A stretch of DNA of 64,000 nt from Alphaproteobacteria bacterium (GTDB taxonomy: Bacteria > Pseudomonadota > Alphaproteobacteria > Rickettsiales > UBA1997), in contig BJGH01000003.1 in the NCBI GenBank assembly GCA_014190355.1, positions 159,315-223,314 on the forward strand. The letters run 5' to 3'. A model generated the notes under the pieces. The model worked only from the letters and a program-made list of their open reading frames with translations. It made no database searches and had not been told where the DNA came from. A program made the position numbers and the translations under genes. How positions within the stretch are numbered: the first letter of the stretch is position 1; every line of letters starts with the position of its first letter. Below are positions 36,843-47,627 of this stretch, one piece after another.

Positions 36843-36915
36843 GTTTTCAAAGAAAATTCTAAAATAAATTAAGAAAATAACTAAATATTATTTTAAAAAA
36901 TTTGTAAAAAAATTA

Positions 36916-37803
36916 TCAATAAAACAAGCTCAGCTGTTGATGAGGCTTTTTATGTTCATTAACATTTTCAATAAAATATTCGGTTCTCAATTTTTGTTCT
37001 TCATTTAAAAATTGCTCTCTTCTTATTAAAACTCTTAAAATATCGCCCTTTCTAAACTCTTCATTTTCATCTACCCTTCTTAAAAAATCCAAATCCTCTA
37101 TCGTCGCATAAAAACTAGATTGACCATCATTTACATACCATTTATTTTTATCTTTAAAAGACAAAGAGATAATATTGAGATTAGTATTAAATTTAACCGG
37201 TTCTTCAATCATTACTTCTTTTGCTGGTGGACATTTAAAATATTCAAATTCATGTTTTTTTACATCAAAAAAATCTTGGCAATTCTCTGGCTTAATTACA
37301 CATAGATCTACTCCGTTTTTTCCTAGAGGAGAAACCATTTCTTCAAGAGATTTTCTTAATTGCCAATTTTCGTATAGCTTTATAACCTGCTCATTAGTTT
37401 CAAAAATTTCATCATCAATTTCAATTATAACAAGATTATCTTTTGTGTATTTTTTTGTTGGTTTTCTATTTTTCAAAAATTTTAACAACTTCCATAAACA
37501 ACCAGCTCCACCAAATATAATAGCAGCTAATTCAGAAGCATTTATTAAAGCCTCTGCATTTTGACTAGTTAATAAATCGGATACTTTATCAATTATGTTC
37601 TGATCTATTCGAAAGTTAATTTTAAAAGATCCAGCTTCCAAATTAGATTTGACCTTTACTTGAATTTTTGTTTTGCCTAAGTTTAGTGTCTTATTTGCCT
37701 CATTTAAAAGACCATCAAGACCTAGTATCGCAGATGATAATTCACGAGGATTTATTTCATGGTTTTTTAAACCATCCCCGTCATATATTAATTGAAGGTT
37801 CAT
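36916..37803 (-). CDS. Hypothetical protein (orphan, no family recognised)
   Basis: ATG-initiated 295-aa ORF with normal-looking, non-repetitive composition. It is convergent with the TolC-like gene, and a 380-bp AT-rich spacer lies upstream. Confidence 0.6.
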   Translation of the reverse strand: MNLQLIYDGDGLKNHEINPRELSSAILGLDGLLNEANKTLNLGKTKIQVKVKSNLEAGSFKINFRIDQNIIDKVSDLLTSQNAEALINASELAAIIFGGAGCLWKLLKFLKNRKPTKKYTKDNLVIIEIDDEIFETNEQVIKLYENWQLRKSLEEMVSPLGKNGVDLCVIKPENCQDFFDVKKHEFEYFKCPPAKEVMIEEPVKFNTNLNIISLSFKDKNKWYVNDGQSSFYATIEDLDFLRRVDENEEFRKGDILRVLIRREQFLNEEQKLRTEYFIENVNEHKKPHQQLSLFY

Positions 37804-38183
37804 TGTAGTGTTATATTTAAATTAATTAAACATTAAAATTTTTATTTTATTATTTTAAAAAATCTTTCTACTGTTTTAAATAGCTTCGTCATTATAAATA
37901 ATAAAATTTCTAATATTTCTGAGTTTTAATATTTTTTTCATAATTTTAATATTGCTAAAATCAAAATTATTGTCAATTATTTTAATATTTCTAAATTCTA
38001 AAAAGTTAATTTTGATCTTTTAAATAGATGGCTCAAAAACAATTTTAAGAAATTTATCCAAAAATATATTTTTAAAAAACTTAAAAATATTTTTAATTTA
38101 TTTTATAATTATAAATTTATTAAGCAAATATATTTAAATAAACTTAACGATAAAGCAATAAAAAAAATAATTATTAAAGACAA

Positions 38184-40067
38184 ATGTTAAAAAATAATAA
38201 AGTTAGTGCAATTAAAGTTAAATCAATAATTAAGACTTTTTTAAAACCACAAAATCTGTGCTGTGTTCTAACAATTATTGCAATCTTAAGTTATGTTTTG
38301 TTAAAAATTTTTGCTTATCAAAATATCGCTCCTTATCCTCTAATTGCGATAATTTTTAGCTTTGGGCTAATTCAACTTTTGCAAATTTTTAAAAAAATTT
38401 TACGGGGTAATTTAGGAGCGGATGTTATTGCTTTCATTGCTTTAGCTTTAGCAATTTATTTGCATGAATATTTAACAGCCAATCTGTTAATTTTAATGAT
38501 AGCCAGCGGACAAGGCCTTGAAGAATATGCCTCAAGCAAAGCCTCTTTCGTTTTGGAAGCTTTAGCATCAAGAAATGTTCCCATCGCTCATTTAAAAATT
38601 AATAATCAAATTTCTGAAATCAAAGTTGACCAAATCCAGGTTAACGATTGCTTGGCAATTTTACCTCACGAAATATGCCCAGTTGATGGTGAAGTGATCG
38701 AAGGAATGAGCACAATGGATGAATCTTATCTTACTGGCGAGCCATTTCACATCAGCAAAACAATTGGCTCAAAAGTTTTATCAGGAGCAATAAATGGCGA
38801 AAATTTATTGTTAATTCGTGCTGAAAAATTAGCCAAAGAATCGCGATACGCCAAGATCATCGAAGTTATGAAGCAAGCCAAAGACCAAAAACCCCAGATA
38901 CGCAAATTAGCCGATAAAATTGGGGCAATTTTTGCCCCACTTGCTTTGCTGATTGCCTTTGCAAGCTATTATTTTACTAACAGTTTAGAAAATTTTTTAG
39001 CAGTACTAACCATTGCCACACCTTGCCCGTTGTTGATTGCCGTGCCAATTGCCATAATTAGTGCTATTTCAATTTCGGCAAAAAATGGGATCGTTATTCG
39101 TGATCCAAGAATTTTAGAAAATCTGCCAATTTGCTCGACTGCAATTTTTGATAAAACCGGAACCCTGACATATGGCGAGCCATTTCTTGAAGAAATTATT
39201 TGCTTCAATAATTTTAATGATCAACAAGTTTTGCAAAAATCAGCAAGCCTTGAACGCTTCTCGCGTCACCCTTTAGCATTAGCAATTTTAAAAAAATGCC
39301 ATGACCAATTTATTCCGTTATTAGAAGTTCAAAATATCAAGGAACAAGCAGGATATGGTATCACTGGTATAATCAATAACAAAGAAATCACTATCACCAA
39401 TCGCGATCATCTCGCTAGCAATTTTCTTGGTGAAGCAGTTCTGCCAGCTACGCAAGCTGGTTTGGAATGTTTAGTAGTTATCGATAATAAACTTGCAGGT
39501 ATTTTAAAATTTCGCGATCAACCTCGCCTTGAAAGCCATTCTTTCATTGATCACCTTGGTCCTGAACATAATTTTAATAAAATAATTTTACTATCTGGAG
39601 ATCGCCATAATGAAGTTGAATATTTTGCTAAAAATCTTGGAATCAAAGAATTTTATAGCTCGCAAACTCCTGAACAAAAATTAGCAATTGTTAAAAATGA
39701 AACCAAGCAAGCCAAAACTTTGTTTATGGGTGATGGCATTAACGATGCTCCAGCCTTAATGTTAGCAACAGTTGGGATTGCCTTTGGCAAAAATAACAAC
39801 ATCACTAGCGAATCTGCAGGAGCGGTAATTTTAGAAAATAATTTACATAAAGTTGACCAACTTTTTCACATCAGCATTGCTATGCGTAAAATCATTTTAC
39901 AAAGCGCAGTGGGAGGAATGTTGTTTAGCCTAATAGGTATGATTATCGCAGGTTATGGATATATTAGCCCTGCTCAAGGGGCAATACTGCAACAAATAAT
40001 TGATGTTATCGCCATAGCTAATGCTTTACGCTTAACCTTTAACAACAGCATCACTAGTGATTTTTAA
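38184..40067 (+). CDS. Heavy-metal-translocating P1B-type ATPase with a TPCP transmembrane motif
   Basis: Motifs TGEP, DKTGTLT and GDGINDAPAL. The TM metal site reads IATPCPLLIAVP instead of CPC. No N-terminal CxxC metal-binding domain is visible. Confidence 0.88.
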   Translation: MLKNNKVSAIKVKSIIKTFLKPQNLCCVLTIIAILSYVLLKIFAYQNIAPYPLIAIIFSFGLIQLLQIFKKILRGNLGADVIAFIALALAIYLHEYLTANLLILMIASGQGLEEYASSKASFVLEALASRNVPIAHLKINNQISEIKVDQIQVNDCLAILPHEICPVDGEVIEGMSTMDESYLTGEPFHISKTIGSKVLSGAINGENLLLIRAEKLAKESRYAKIIEVMKQAKDQKPQIRKLADKIGAIFAPLALLIAFASYYFTNSLENFLAVLTIATPCPLLIAVPIAIISAISISAKNGIVIRDPRILENLPICSTAIFDKTGTLTYGEPFLEEIICFNNFNDQQVLQKSASLERFSRHPLALAILKKCHDQFIPLLEVQNIKEQAGYGITGIINNKEITITNRDHLASNFLGEAVLPATQAGLECLVVIDNKLAGILKFRDQPRLESHSFIDHLGPEHNFNKIILLSGDRHNEVEYFAKNLGIKEFYSSQTPEQKLAIVKNETKQAKTLFMGDGINDAPALMLATVGIAFGKNNNITSESAGAVILENNLHKVDQLFHISIAMRKIILQSAVGGMLFSLIGMIIAGYGYISPAQGAILQQIIDVIAIANALRLTFNNSITSDF

Positions 40068-40635
40068 ATTAATGATACTTACCACTAATCGAGTCTTTAA
40101 TTACCAATTCCAAGACTATTATAACTTGGGAAGCGAAGACTAATCGATGATCTAAATTTGCAAAAGAACAAGTTGATCAATATCTAAATGCGAGAGGTAA
40201 ATTTCTAAAAAAGTCGATCGTTAGATATTAGTAAAATAACCAGATTGCTTAATGGATCGAAATGCTTGTGGTAAAATTCTTAAAAAAACCAACCAACCAA
40301 AAAGATGATTAAAAAAAACCATATAATGTCGATGAAAACAGCAAATAAGAATTTAGAATGATTAAAAATTTAAATTTAAGAATAAAAATAGCATTACACA
40401 AATCTAAGGATTTTTTTGAACTATATTATTCCTAGCTTAAAGGGCTTTAGATAAAATATTTTTAAGATAAAATTTTTAAAGAATAAAGCAAAATACCCTA
40501 TACAGCTGAAGCTTTTTAGAGATTTTTAGTAAAAAAAAATCATAATTTATAACTACCTAAAATGAAGAATTTAAATTTTTTGATCTATTAACCACCGATC
40601 TTCAACCCTTGAATCAATTTAAAAAACCTTAACAA

Positions 40636-40670
40636 TAAAAAAAGCAAGATAGCATTTCTGCTATCTTGCT
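40636..40670 (-). terminator. Rho-independent terminator of groEL
   Basis: Perfect 12-bp stem AGCAAGATAGCA/TGCTATCTTGCT with a 4-nt loop, followed on the minus strand by a T-run. It lies about 70 nt after the groEL stop. Confidence 0.7.
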
Positions 40671-40741
40671 TTAATTTTGCGAGAAGTTTTTTAAGAACTT
40701 GCTTTAATTCACTTTAAAATATTTTAAAATTTAAAGTTTTA

Positions 40742-42406
<1,665 letters not shown>

Positions 42407-42492
42407 TTAAATTATATTAAATTTTTTTTAGATATTTTTAAGAATTTTTGCTAAAATTTTTAGCAAATTTTTTTTACAATATTTTATAACAA

Positions 42493-42789
42493 TTATTTTT
42501 TACTTTCAATAACTGCTAAAATATCAGATTCTTTGAGAATGATTAATTCTTTAGAGTCTACTTTAACTTCGGATCCACCCCATTTAGCAAAAAGAATTCG
42601 ATCGCCAACCTTAACATCAAGGGCAACTCGCTCACCCTTATCATTAAAATTACCTTTACCAACAGCGATAACAAGCCCTTCAGCTGGTTTTTCTTTAGCG
42701 GTATCTGGGATAATAATGCCTCCAGCAGTTTTGCTTTCAGCTTCAACGCGTTCAACAAGAACACGATCGTGCAATGGTCTAACTTTCAT
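42493..42789 (-). CDS. groES: Co-chaperonin GroES
   Basis: 98 aa. [35 protein letters not shown] is a canonical GroES start. Confidence 0.95.
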   Translation of the reverse strand: MKVRPLHDRVLVERVEAESKTAGGIIIPDTAKEKPAEGLVIAVGKGNFNDKGERVALDVKVGDRILFAKWGGSEVKVDSKELIILKESDILAVIESKK

Positions 42790-42855
42790 AGTTTTTAATT
42801 TTAAATTTAATGCAAAAAATCGATTAGTTAAAAGAATTTAACTTAAGGTATTAAC

Positions 42856-42887
42856 AAATATAATTTTTTAGTTTTGCTTTACAAGGG
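42856..42887 (-). promoter_or_regulatory. Putative sigma32 (RpoH)-type promoter of groESL
   Basis: The minus strand reads CCCTTGTAA (cf. -35 CCCTTGAA), then a 14-nt spacer, then ATTATATTT (an AT-rich version of CCCCATNT). It lies about 65-95 nt upstream of the groES ATG. No CIRCE element was seen. Confidence 0.35.
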
Positions 42888-42905
42888 CTATTTAAAAAAT
42901 ATTTT

Positions 42906-43160
42906 TTAATGCTTTAACAACTCATCAAGCTTACCTTCCGCTTCCATGGCATAAAGATCATCACATCCACCAATGTGAATATCATTGATAAAAATTTGTG
43001 GAACTGTCATTTTACCATTGGCTTTTTTGACCATCTCTTCTTTAGTAACATCATCAACAACTTTTATTTCATGATATTGGGCATTTTTACGTTGCAGTAA
43101 GGCTTTGGCTTTGTTGCAGTATGGACAGATGTCTTTGGTGTAAATAATAATTTTAGTCAT
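42906..43160 (-). CDS. grxC: Glutaredoxin 3
   Basis: 84 aa. Active site CPYC, and TVPQIFI...IGGCDDL. Confidence 0.9.
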   Translation of the reverse strand: MTKIIIYTKDICPYCNKAKALLQRKNAQYHEIKVVDDVTKEEMVKKANGKMTVPQIFINDIHIGGCDDLYAMEAEGKLDELLKH

Positions 43161-43175
43161 AATTTTAAATTTTAA

Positions 43176-43700
43176 TTAATAAGCCTTGCCAGATGATTGT
43201 GGTTTTTGCATTGAATTAGGTTGATTTTCAACACCATAATAAGCTGGCGGAACATAATATTGATCGGCATCATATTGCGGATAGTATGGCGATGCTGGGA
43301 TCGCATAAGGATTTGAATAATAACGCGAACCAGCCGATGGATAAACTTGATAAGGCGAACCGTATTGAGCAGGTGGATAACCCTGCGATTGCATTCCACC
43401 CTGCATTCCACCTTGATTATATTGTTGATTATATGGATAAGGTTGATTTTGCTGATAATTTTGTGGTTGACCCTGATAAGGATAAGGTGATTGTTGACGA
43501 TAATAATAATCTGGAGCAACACGATTTTGCCCTTCTATGCCCTGCTCTTGGGGTGGAACTGAACCCGATTCAAAACCTGGACGATCGTAAAGATATGGGC
43601 TTGATGAACATGAGCTTACAAAAAACATTACAACCAATGAAAAATTGCAAAGCAAAGATCTGTTAAAAATAGCAATTGATTTTGGCCTAACTTTATTCAT
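43176..43700 (-). CDS. Q/P/Y-rich low-complexity lipoprotein
   Basis: 174 aa. Signal peptide plus lipobox (FFVSSC). The mature part is dominated by Q, P, Y, G and N. The C-terminal motif is YDADQYYVPPAYYG. Confidence 0.65.
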   Translation of the reverse strand: MNKVRPKSIAIFNRSLLCNFSLVVMFFVSSCSSSPYLYDRPGFESGSVPPQEQGIEGQNRVAPDYYYRQQSPYPYQGQPQNYQQNQPYPYNQQYNQGGMQGGMQSQGYPPAQYGSPYQVYPSAGSRYYSNPYAIPASPYYPQYDADQYYVPPAYYGVENQPNSMQKPQSSGKAY

Positions 43701-43993
43701 TAATACTTATTTAAAATTACATTTTTTGATTCTGGCTCAATATTTTTATATCGAGTTGGAGCAACGTAATACTGATCGTAATCATAGATTCTATTACTGC
43801 CTCTTTGGAAATCATATGGATTAACATAATAACCAGAATTAGCTGGCAGTGCATTTTGTTGGTAGTTAGGGTATAAATTTTGACTCCTCTGATTCACCGA
43901 TCTATTTCGCAATGATGATTGATTTGATGAACATGAGCAAAGTATTATAACAAAACTTACCAAATAAAATAGTTTGTTAATTTTGCAACCCAT
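43700..43993 (-). CDS. Small lipoprotein, paralog of the downstream Q/P/Y-rich lipoprotein
   Basis: Lipobox IILCSC. It is N/Q/Y-rich and shares the YDYDQYYVAPTRY motif with the neighbouring gene. Its stop and the next gene's start overlap as TAATG. The ATG at 43993 is preferred over the TTG at 43996. Confidence 0.6.
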   Translation of the reverse strand: MGCKINKLFYLVSFVIILCSCSSNQSSLRNRSVNQRSQNLYPNYQQNALPANSGYYVNPYDFQRGSNRIYDYDQYYVAPTRYKNIEPESKNVILNKY

Positions 43994-44299
43994 CAAAATA
44001 AATTTTTAATATCTTTGTTGCTAATCTATCGTATAATTTTATGAAAACTTATTTAAAGTTTTCATAAAAAAATTCCTAAAAAATTAAATTGGTAAAATTA
44101 ATTTTTGTAGCTTATTATTTTAAAAATTAGCTTAATTGTCAACCCTTAAGAAATAAATTTAATCTTGAAAACTTTTATAGCAAATTTTTTTTCAAAATTT
44201 ATTAAAATGGGGCATTAAGTTAGAGTTATCAATATATTTTTTCAAGTCATAGATTATTAATTTTTTTTAAAAAATTAAAACTGTTTTATTTTAAAAAAA

Positions 44300-45418
44300 A
44301 TGTTAAATTCACTTTATCAAAAAGATCAAAAATATTTAAATTTAGCGATAAATTTAGCCAGAAAATCTTTGATTAACTGCTCTCCAAATCCAAGGGTTGG
44401 CTGCGTAATTGTTAACAATGATGTTATTTTAGCAACCGCTATCACTGCCCCAAATGGCAGACCTCACAGCGAAATAATTGCTATCAACAAAGTTGCTAAT
44501 AAAAGTTTACTAATCAATGCTACAATGTATTTAACCCTTGAACCATGTTGTTTGTATGACGGGAAAAAAAGTGCTGGCTGTGTTGATGAAATTATTGCTA
44601 ACAAATTCGCTCGCGTTGTAATTGCCAATATCGATCGCAATCCAAATATCAATGGCAAAAGCGTTGAAATTCTTCAAAAATCTGGAATAGAAGTAGTAAT
44701 TATCGAATCACAAGTTGGCAAACAACTTCATCAAGAATTTTTCAAAGTTCAAAAAACTTCCTTGCCATATTTAACTCTTAAAATTGCCAGCTCTCTAGAT
44801 GGCAAAATTGCTACAAAAAGTTTCTCAAGTCAATGGATAACAAATGAGCAAGCCAGAAAATATAGTCATTTGCTTCGCGCTCAAAGTGATGCAATCTTAA
44901 TTGGAGCAAATACTTTAAGACATGATAATCCAAGCCTTACCTGTAGAATTAATGGATTAGAACAATATAGTCCAAAAAAAATTATTGTGAGTAATAGTTT
45001 GAATTTTAATGATAATTATAAGATTTTTGACGATCCTTGTAATCTAATAATTATTACTTGTGAATCTAATCAGAATAATAAATTTTTTAAAAATTTTGCA
45101 GGTAAAGTTATCTTTGTTAAAAAAAATCATATCCTTGAACAAAATATTGATTTAGAATGGGCTCTCAAAATTTTAGCACAGGAGGGAATTAATTCAGTTC
45201 TGGTTGAAGGAGGAAGTAAAATTATTGCCCAGCTTATAAAAAATAATCTGATTGATAAAATTATTTGGGCAAAAAGCCAGATTATCATCGGCAATGATGG
45301 CATTCCTGCCATTGCTGAACTTGGAATAACCGATATCAAGAATGCTATCAATAATTTTGAGCTACAAGAAATAATTAGATTTGATGATAATTTAATTGAA
45401 ATATTACAAAAAAAATAA
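44300..45418 (+). CDS. ribD: Bifunctional riboflavin biosynthesis protein RibD (deaminase/reductase)
   Basis: Deaminase zinc motifs HSEIIAI and TLEPCC...C, followed by the reductase domain (LKIASSLDGKIA...GANTLRHDNPSLTCR). Confidence 0.9.
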   Translation: MLNSLYQKDQKYLNLAINLARKSLINCSPNPRVGCVIVNNDVILATAITAPNGRPHSEIIAINKVANKSLLINATMYLTLEPCCLYDGKKSAGCVDEIIANKFARVVIANIDRNPNINGKSVEILQKSGIEVVIIESQVGKQLHQEFFKVQKTSLPYLTLKIASSLDGKIATKSFSSQWITNEQARKYSHLLRAQSDAILIGANTLRHDNPSLTCRINGLEQYSPKKIIVSNSLNFNDNYKIFDDPCNLIIITCESNQNNKFFKNFAGKVIFVKKNHILEQNIDLEWALKILAQEGINSVLVEGGSKIIAQLIKNNLIDKIIWAKSQIIIGNDGIPAIAELGITDIKNAINNFELQEIIRFDDNLIEILQKK

Positions 45419-45421
45419 TAT

Positions 45422-46252
45422 ATGACAAGAAATATTAATAAAATTATAAAACAACCAGATTTGTTAAGTGTAAGGAATTTTAAATTAAATAATATTAAAT
45501 CTAAAGAAAATATTGATCCAAAAGAACTTCGCAATCACCTTGGCCAATTTGCTACAGGAGTTGTAATAGCATGTGCTCGAAAAAATAATTTCTTTGCTCA
45601 AAAATTTTTTAGTGAAAAATTATTTACTGAAAAATTTTATGAAAATTTTCTTAATGAAAATAACTTGCTAAAAAAATTCGAAGATTTTTGGCATAATTTT
45701 GCTGATCAACAAAACTGGCAAAAACGCCTAATTAACAAATTATTTTCACAAAATAATATCATCAATAAAACAGATAAACTTATAGAAAAGCCGAATAACA
45801 ATCCTAAAAATTATTTTAGTGAAAATTTCTTACAAAAGATTAAAAAAATCTTTGCTGAAGAATTTTTTGGCATGACCATTAATTCCTTTACCTCAATTTC
45901 CTTAAGTCCTGCTTTGATTTCTTTTTGTATCGATAATAAATCTGGCAATCTCAAATTTTTTAAGCAAAATCGTTATTTTTTACTTAATATTTTGAGCGAG
46001 GAACAGCAAGACTTGGCATCGGCATTTGCTACCCCAAAAAATTCTAAAAAATGGAGTGTTGAACCTTATATTTTTAGTAAATTTGGCAATCCAATTTTTC
46101 ATAACTCTTTATGTTTTATTGAGTGTCGAAAACATAAAGTAATTAAGATGGGCGATCATCATATCATCATTGGCGAGGTAATAAATTTTGCAAAAGTTAA
46201 CGACAAAAAACCTTTGCTTTATTTTTCTGGAAAATATGCCCAAACCAAGTAA
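45422..46252 (+). CDS. Flavin reductase-like domain protein with a large internal insertion
   Basis: FATGVVIA...GMTINSFTSISLSPALISFCI...HHIIIGEV...PLLYFSGKY matches the flavin reductase (split-barrel) pattern. About 92 low-complexity residues are inserted between GVVIACARKNN and FFGMTINSF. Confidence 0.7.
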   Translation: MTRNINKIIKQPDLLSVRNFKLNNIKSKENIDPKELRNHLGQFATGVVIACARKNNFFAQKFFSEKLFTEKFYENFLNENNLLKKFEDFWHNFADQQNWQKRLINKLFSQNNIINKTDKLIEKPNNNPKNYFSENFLQKIKKIFAEEFFGMTINSFTSISLSPALISFCIDNKSGNLKFFKQNRYFLLNILSEEQQDLASAFATPKNSKKWSVEPYIFSKFGNPIFHNSLCFIECRKHKVIKMGDHHIIIGEVINFAKVNDKKPLLYFSGKYAQTK

Positions 46253-46268
46253 TGATCTTAATTAATTA

Positions 46269-47627
46269 CTACAATACAAATTTCATCAAATCATTACTCG
46301 AATTCACTAAATCGCCAAGATGGTTATTGACATATTGAGCGTCGATAACAACTTCAGATCCTGCCTTCATTTCACTAGCATTAAAACTTACTTCTTCAAG
46401 GATTTTTTCCATTAATGTGTGTAATCTTCTTGCTCCAATATTTTCAACTTCGCTATTAACTCGATGAGCGATTTTAGCAATCTCTAAAATACCATCATCC
46501 TTAAATATTAAATTAATATTTTCAACAGCAATCAATGCGCTATATTGTTTAATTAAACTAGCCTCAGGATCGATTAAAATTCTTAACAAGTCTTCCTGAG
46601 TCAAAGGTTTAAGCTGAACACGAATTGGAAATCTTCCTTGAAGTTCAGGCAATAAATCGGAAGGTTTGGCAATATGAAATGCTCCTGATGCAATAAATAA
46701 AATATGATCGGTTTTGATTATTCCATATTTAGTGCTAATAGCTGTTCCTTCCACCAGCGGCAATAAATCTCTTTGTACTCCTTCTCGCGAAACATCTCCA
46801 CCCTTAACATTGCCTCTGGCACAAATTTTATCAATCTCATCAATAAAAACTATCCCATCATTTTCAACTGCTTTTAAAGATTTTTTGATAATTTTATCTT
46901 CATCAATCATTTTGTTTGATTCTTCATCAATCAAAGTTTTTAGGGCCTCTTCAACTGTTAAGTGAACCTTTTTAGTTTTTTCTGAGCCAATTGCCTTACC
47001 AATCATTTCACCGATATTAATCATTCCAACCTGACCTCCTGGAAAATCAAAATTTGAAGAGTAAGAATTGCCATTATCTAGGACTTCAATTTCAATTTCT
47101 TTATCATTTAACTCGCCACTATCAAGCATATTTGTAAATTTTTCTTTAGTTTCATCAAGTGCATTTTCTCCGACCAAAACTTTTAAAATTTTTTTCTTAG
47201 CATGTTTTTGAGCTTTGTCAAAAACATCTTTCTTCATTTCACTTTTTTGATTTTTAATTGCAACTTCGATTAAATCGCGAATAATTGAGTCAACATCACG
47301 ACCGACATATCCAACCTCTGTAAATTTTGTAGCTTCAACTTTGATAAAAGGGGCATTGGCTAATTTTGCCAATCTTCGTGCAACTTCGGTTTTACCAACT
47401 CCAGTTGGTCCAATCATCAAAATATTTTTTGGCATAATTTCTTCGCGAAGCTGGGGTTCAACAGCTTTGCGTCGATAACGATTTCTTAAGGCAATTGCCA
47501 CTGATTTCTTGGCATCATTTTGGCCAACTATGTAACGATTTAATTCTTCAACAATTTGCTTAGGAGTAAGCTCAAGATGAAATTTATTTTTTGAATTATT
47601 CTGTTCTTTTTTTGATGCTTTGGTCAT
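46269..47627 (-). CDS. hslU: ATP-dependent protease ATPase subunit HslU
   Basis: [17 protein letters not shown], Walker [10 protein letters not shown] and Walker B VFIDEIDK, plus a C-terminal domain. The start could also be the upstream ATG at 47666. Confidence 0.93.
   Translation of the reverse strand: MTKASKKEQNNSKNKFHLELTPKQIVEELNRYIVGQNDAKKSVAIALRNRYRRKAVEPQLREEIMPKNILMIGPTGVGKTEVARRLAKLANAPFIKVEATKFTEVGYVGRDVDSIIRDLIEVAIKNQKSEMKKDVFDKAQKHAKKKILKVLVGENALDETKEKFTNMLDSGELNDKEIEIEVLDNGNSYSSNFDFPGGQVGMINIGEMIGKAIGSEKTKKVHLTVEEALKTLIDEESNKMIDEDKIIKKSLKAVENDGIVFIDEIDKICARGNVKGGDVSREGVQRDLLPLVEGTAISTKYGIIKTDHILFIASGAFHIAKPSDLLPELQGRFPIRVQLKPLTQEDLLRILIDPEASLIKQYSALIAVENINLIFKDDGILEIAKIAHRVNSEVENIGARRLHTLMEKILEEVSFNASEMKAGSEVVIDAQYVNNHLGDLVNSSNDLMKFVL

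Noticed and set aside
42533..42841. 102-aa plus-strand ORF and 68-aa minus-strand ORF overlapping groES
   Set aside because: groES (42493..42789, minus strand) is unambiguous. The overlapping frames are shadows with no start context or motifs. The same reasoning applies to the other short ORFs nested in or antisense to confidently identified genes. On the plus strand these are 2465..2698, 3538..3864, 9005..9259, 11491..11685, 13621..14286, 16664..16867, 17212..17478, 27364..27555, 30488..30682, 33349..33534, 37120..37564, 41106..41294, 42216..42410, 46714..46965, 50502..50717, 55321..55503, 57223..57417 and 61200..61475. On the minus strand these are 8472..8657, 19905..20102, 26144..26368, 29534..29896, 35503..35745, 38969..39208, 41188..41391, 44464..44658, 45127..45534, 57188..57439, 57938..58210, 59842..60057 and 60976..61230.
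42790..42905. CIRCE (HrcA) operator upstream of groES
   Set aside because: No TTAGCACTC-N9-GAGTGCTAA-like inverted repeat is present. Only a sigma32-like -35/-10 pair could be proposed.
43172..43666. ORFs 43172..43522 (-) and 43286..43666 (+) overlapping the Q/P/Y-rich lipoprotein gene
   Set aside because: The low-complexity, locally GC-richer coding sequence keeps several frames open. Only 43176..43700 has a signal peptide and lipobox, and only it shares a motif with the adjacent paralog.
43997..44299. FMN (RFN) riboswitch upstream of ribD
   Set aside because: The spacer is almost pure AT and lacks the conserved GC-rich RFN core segments. Only a simple 10-bp palindrome is present.
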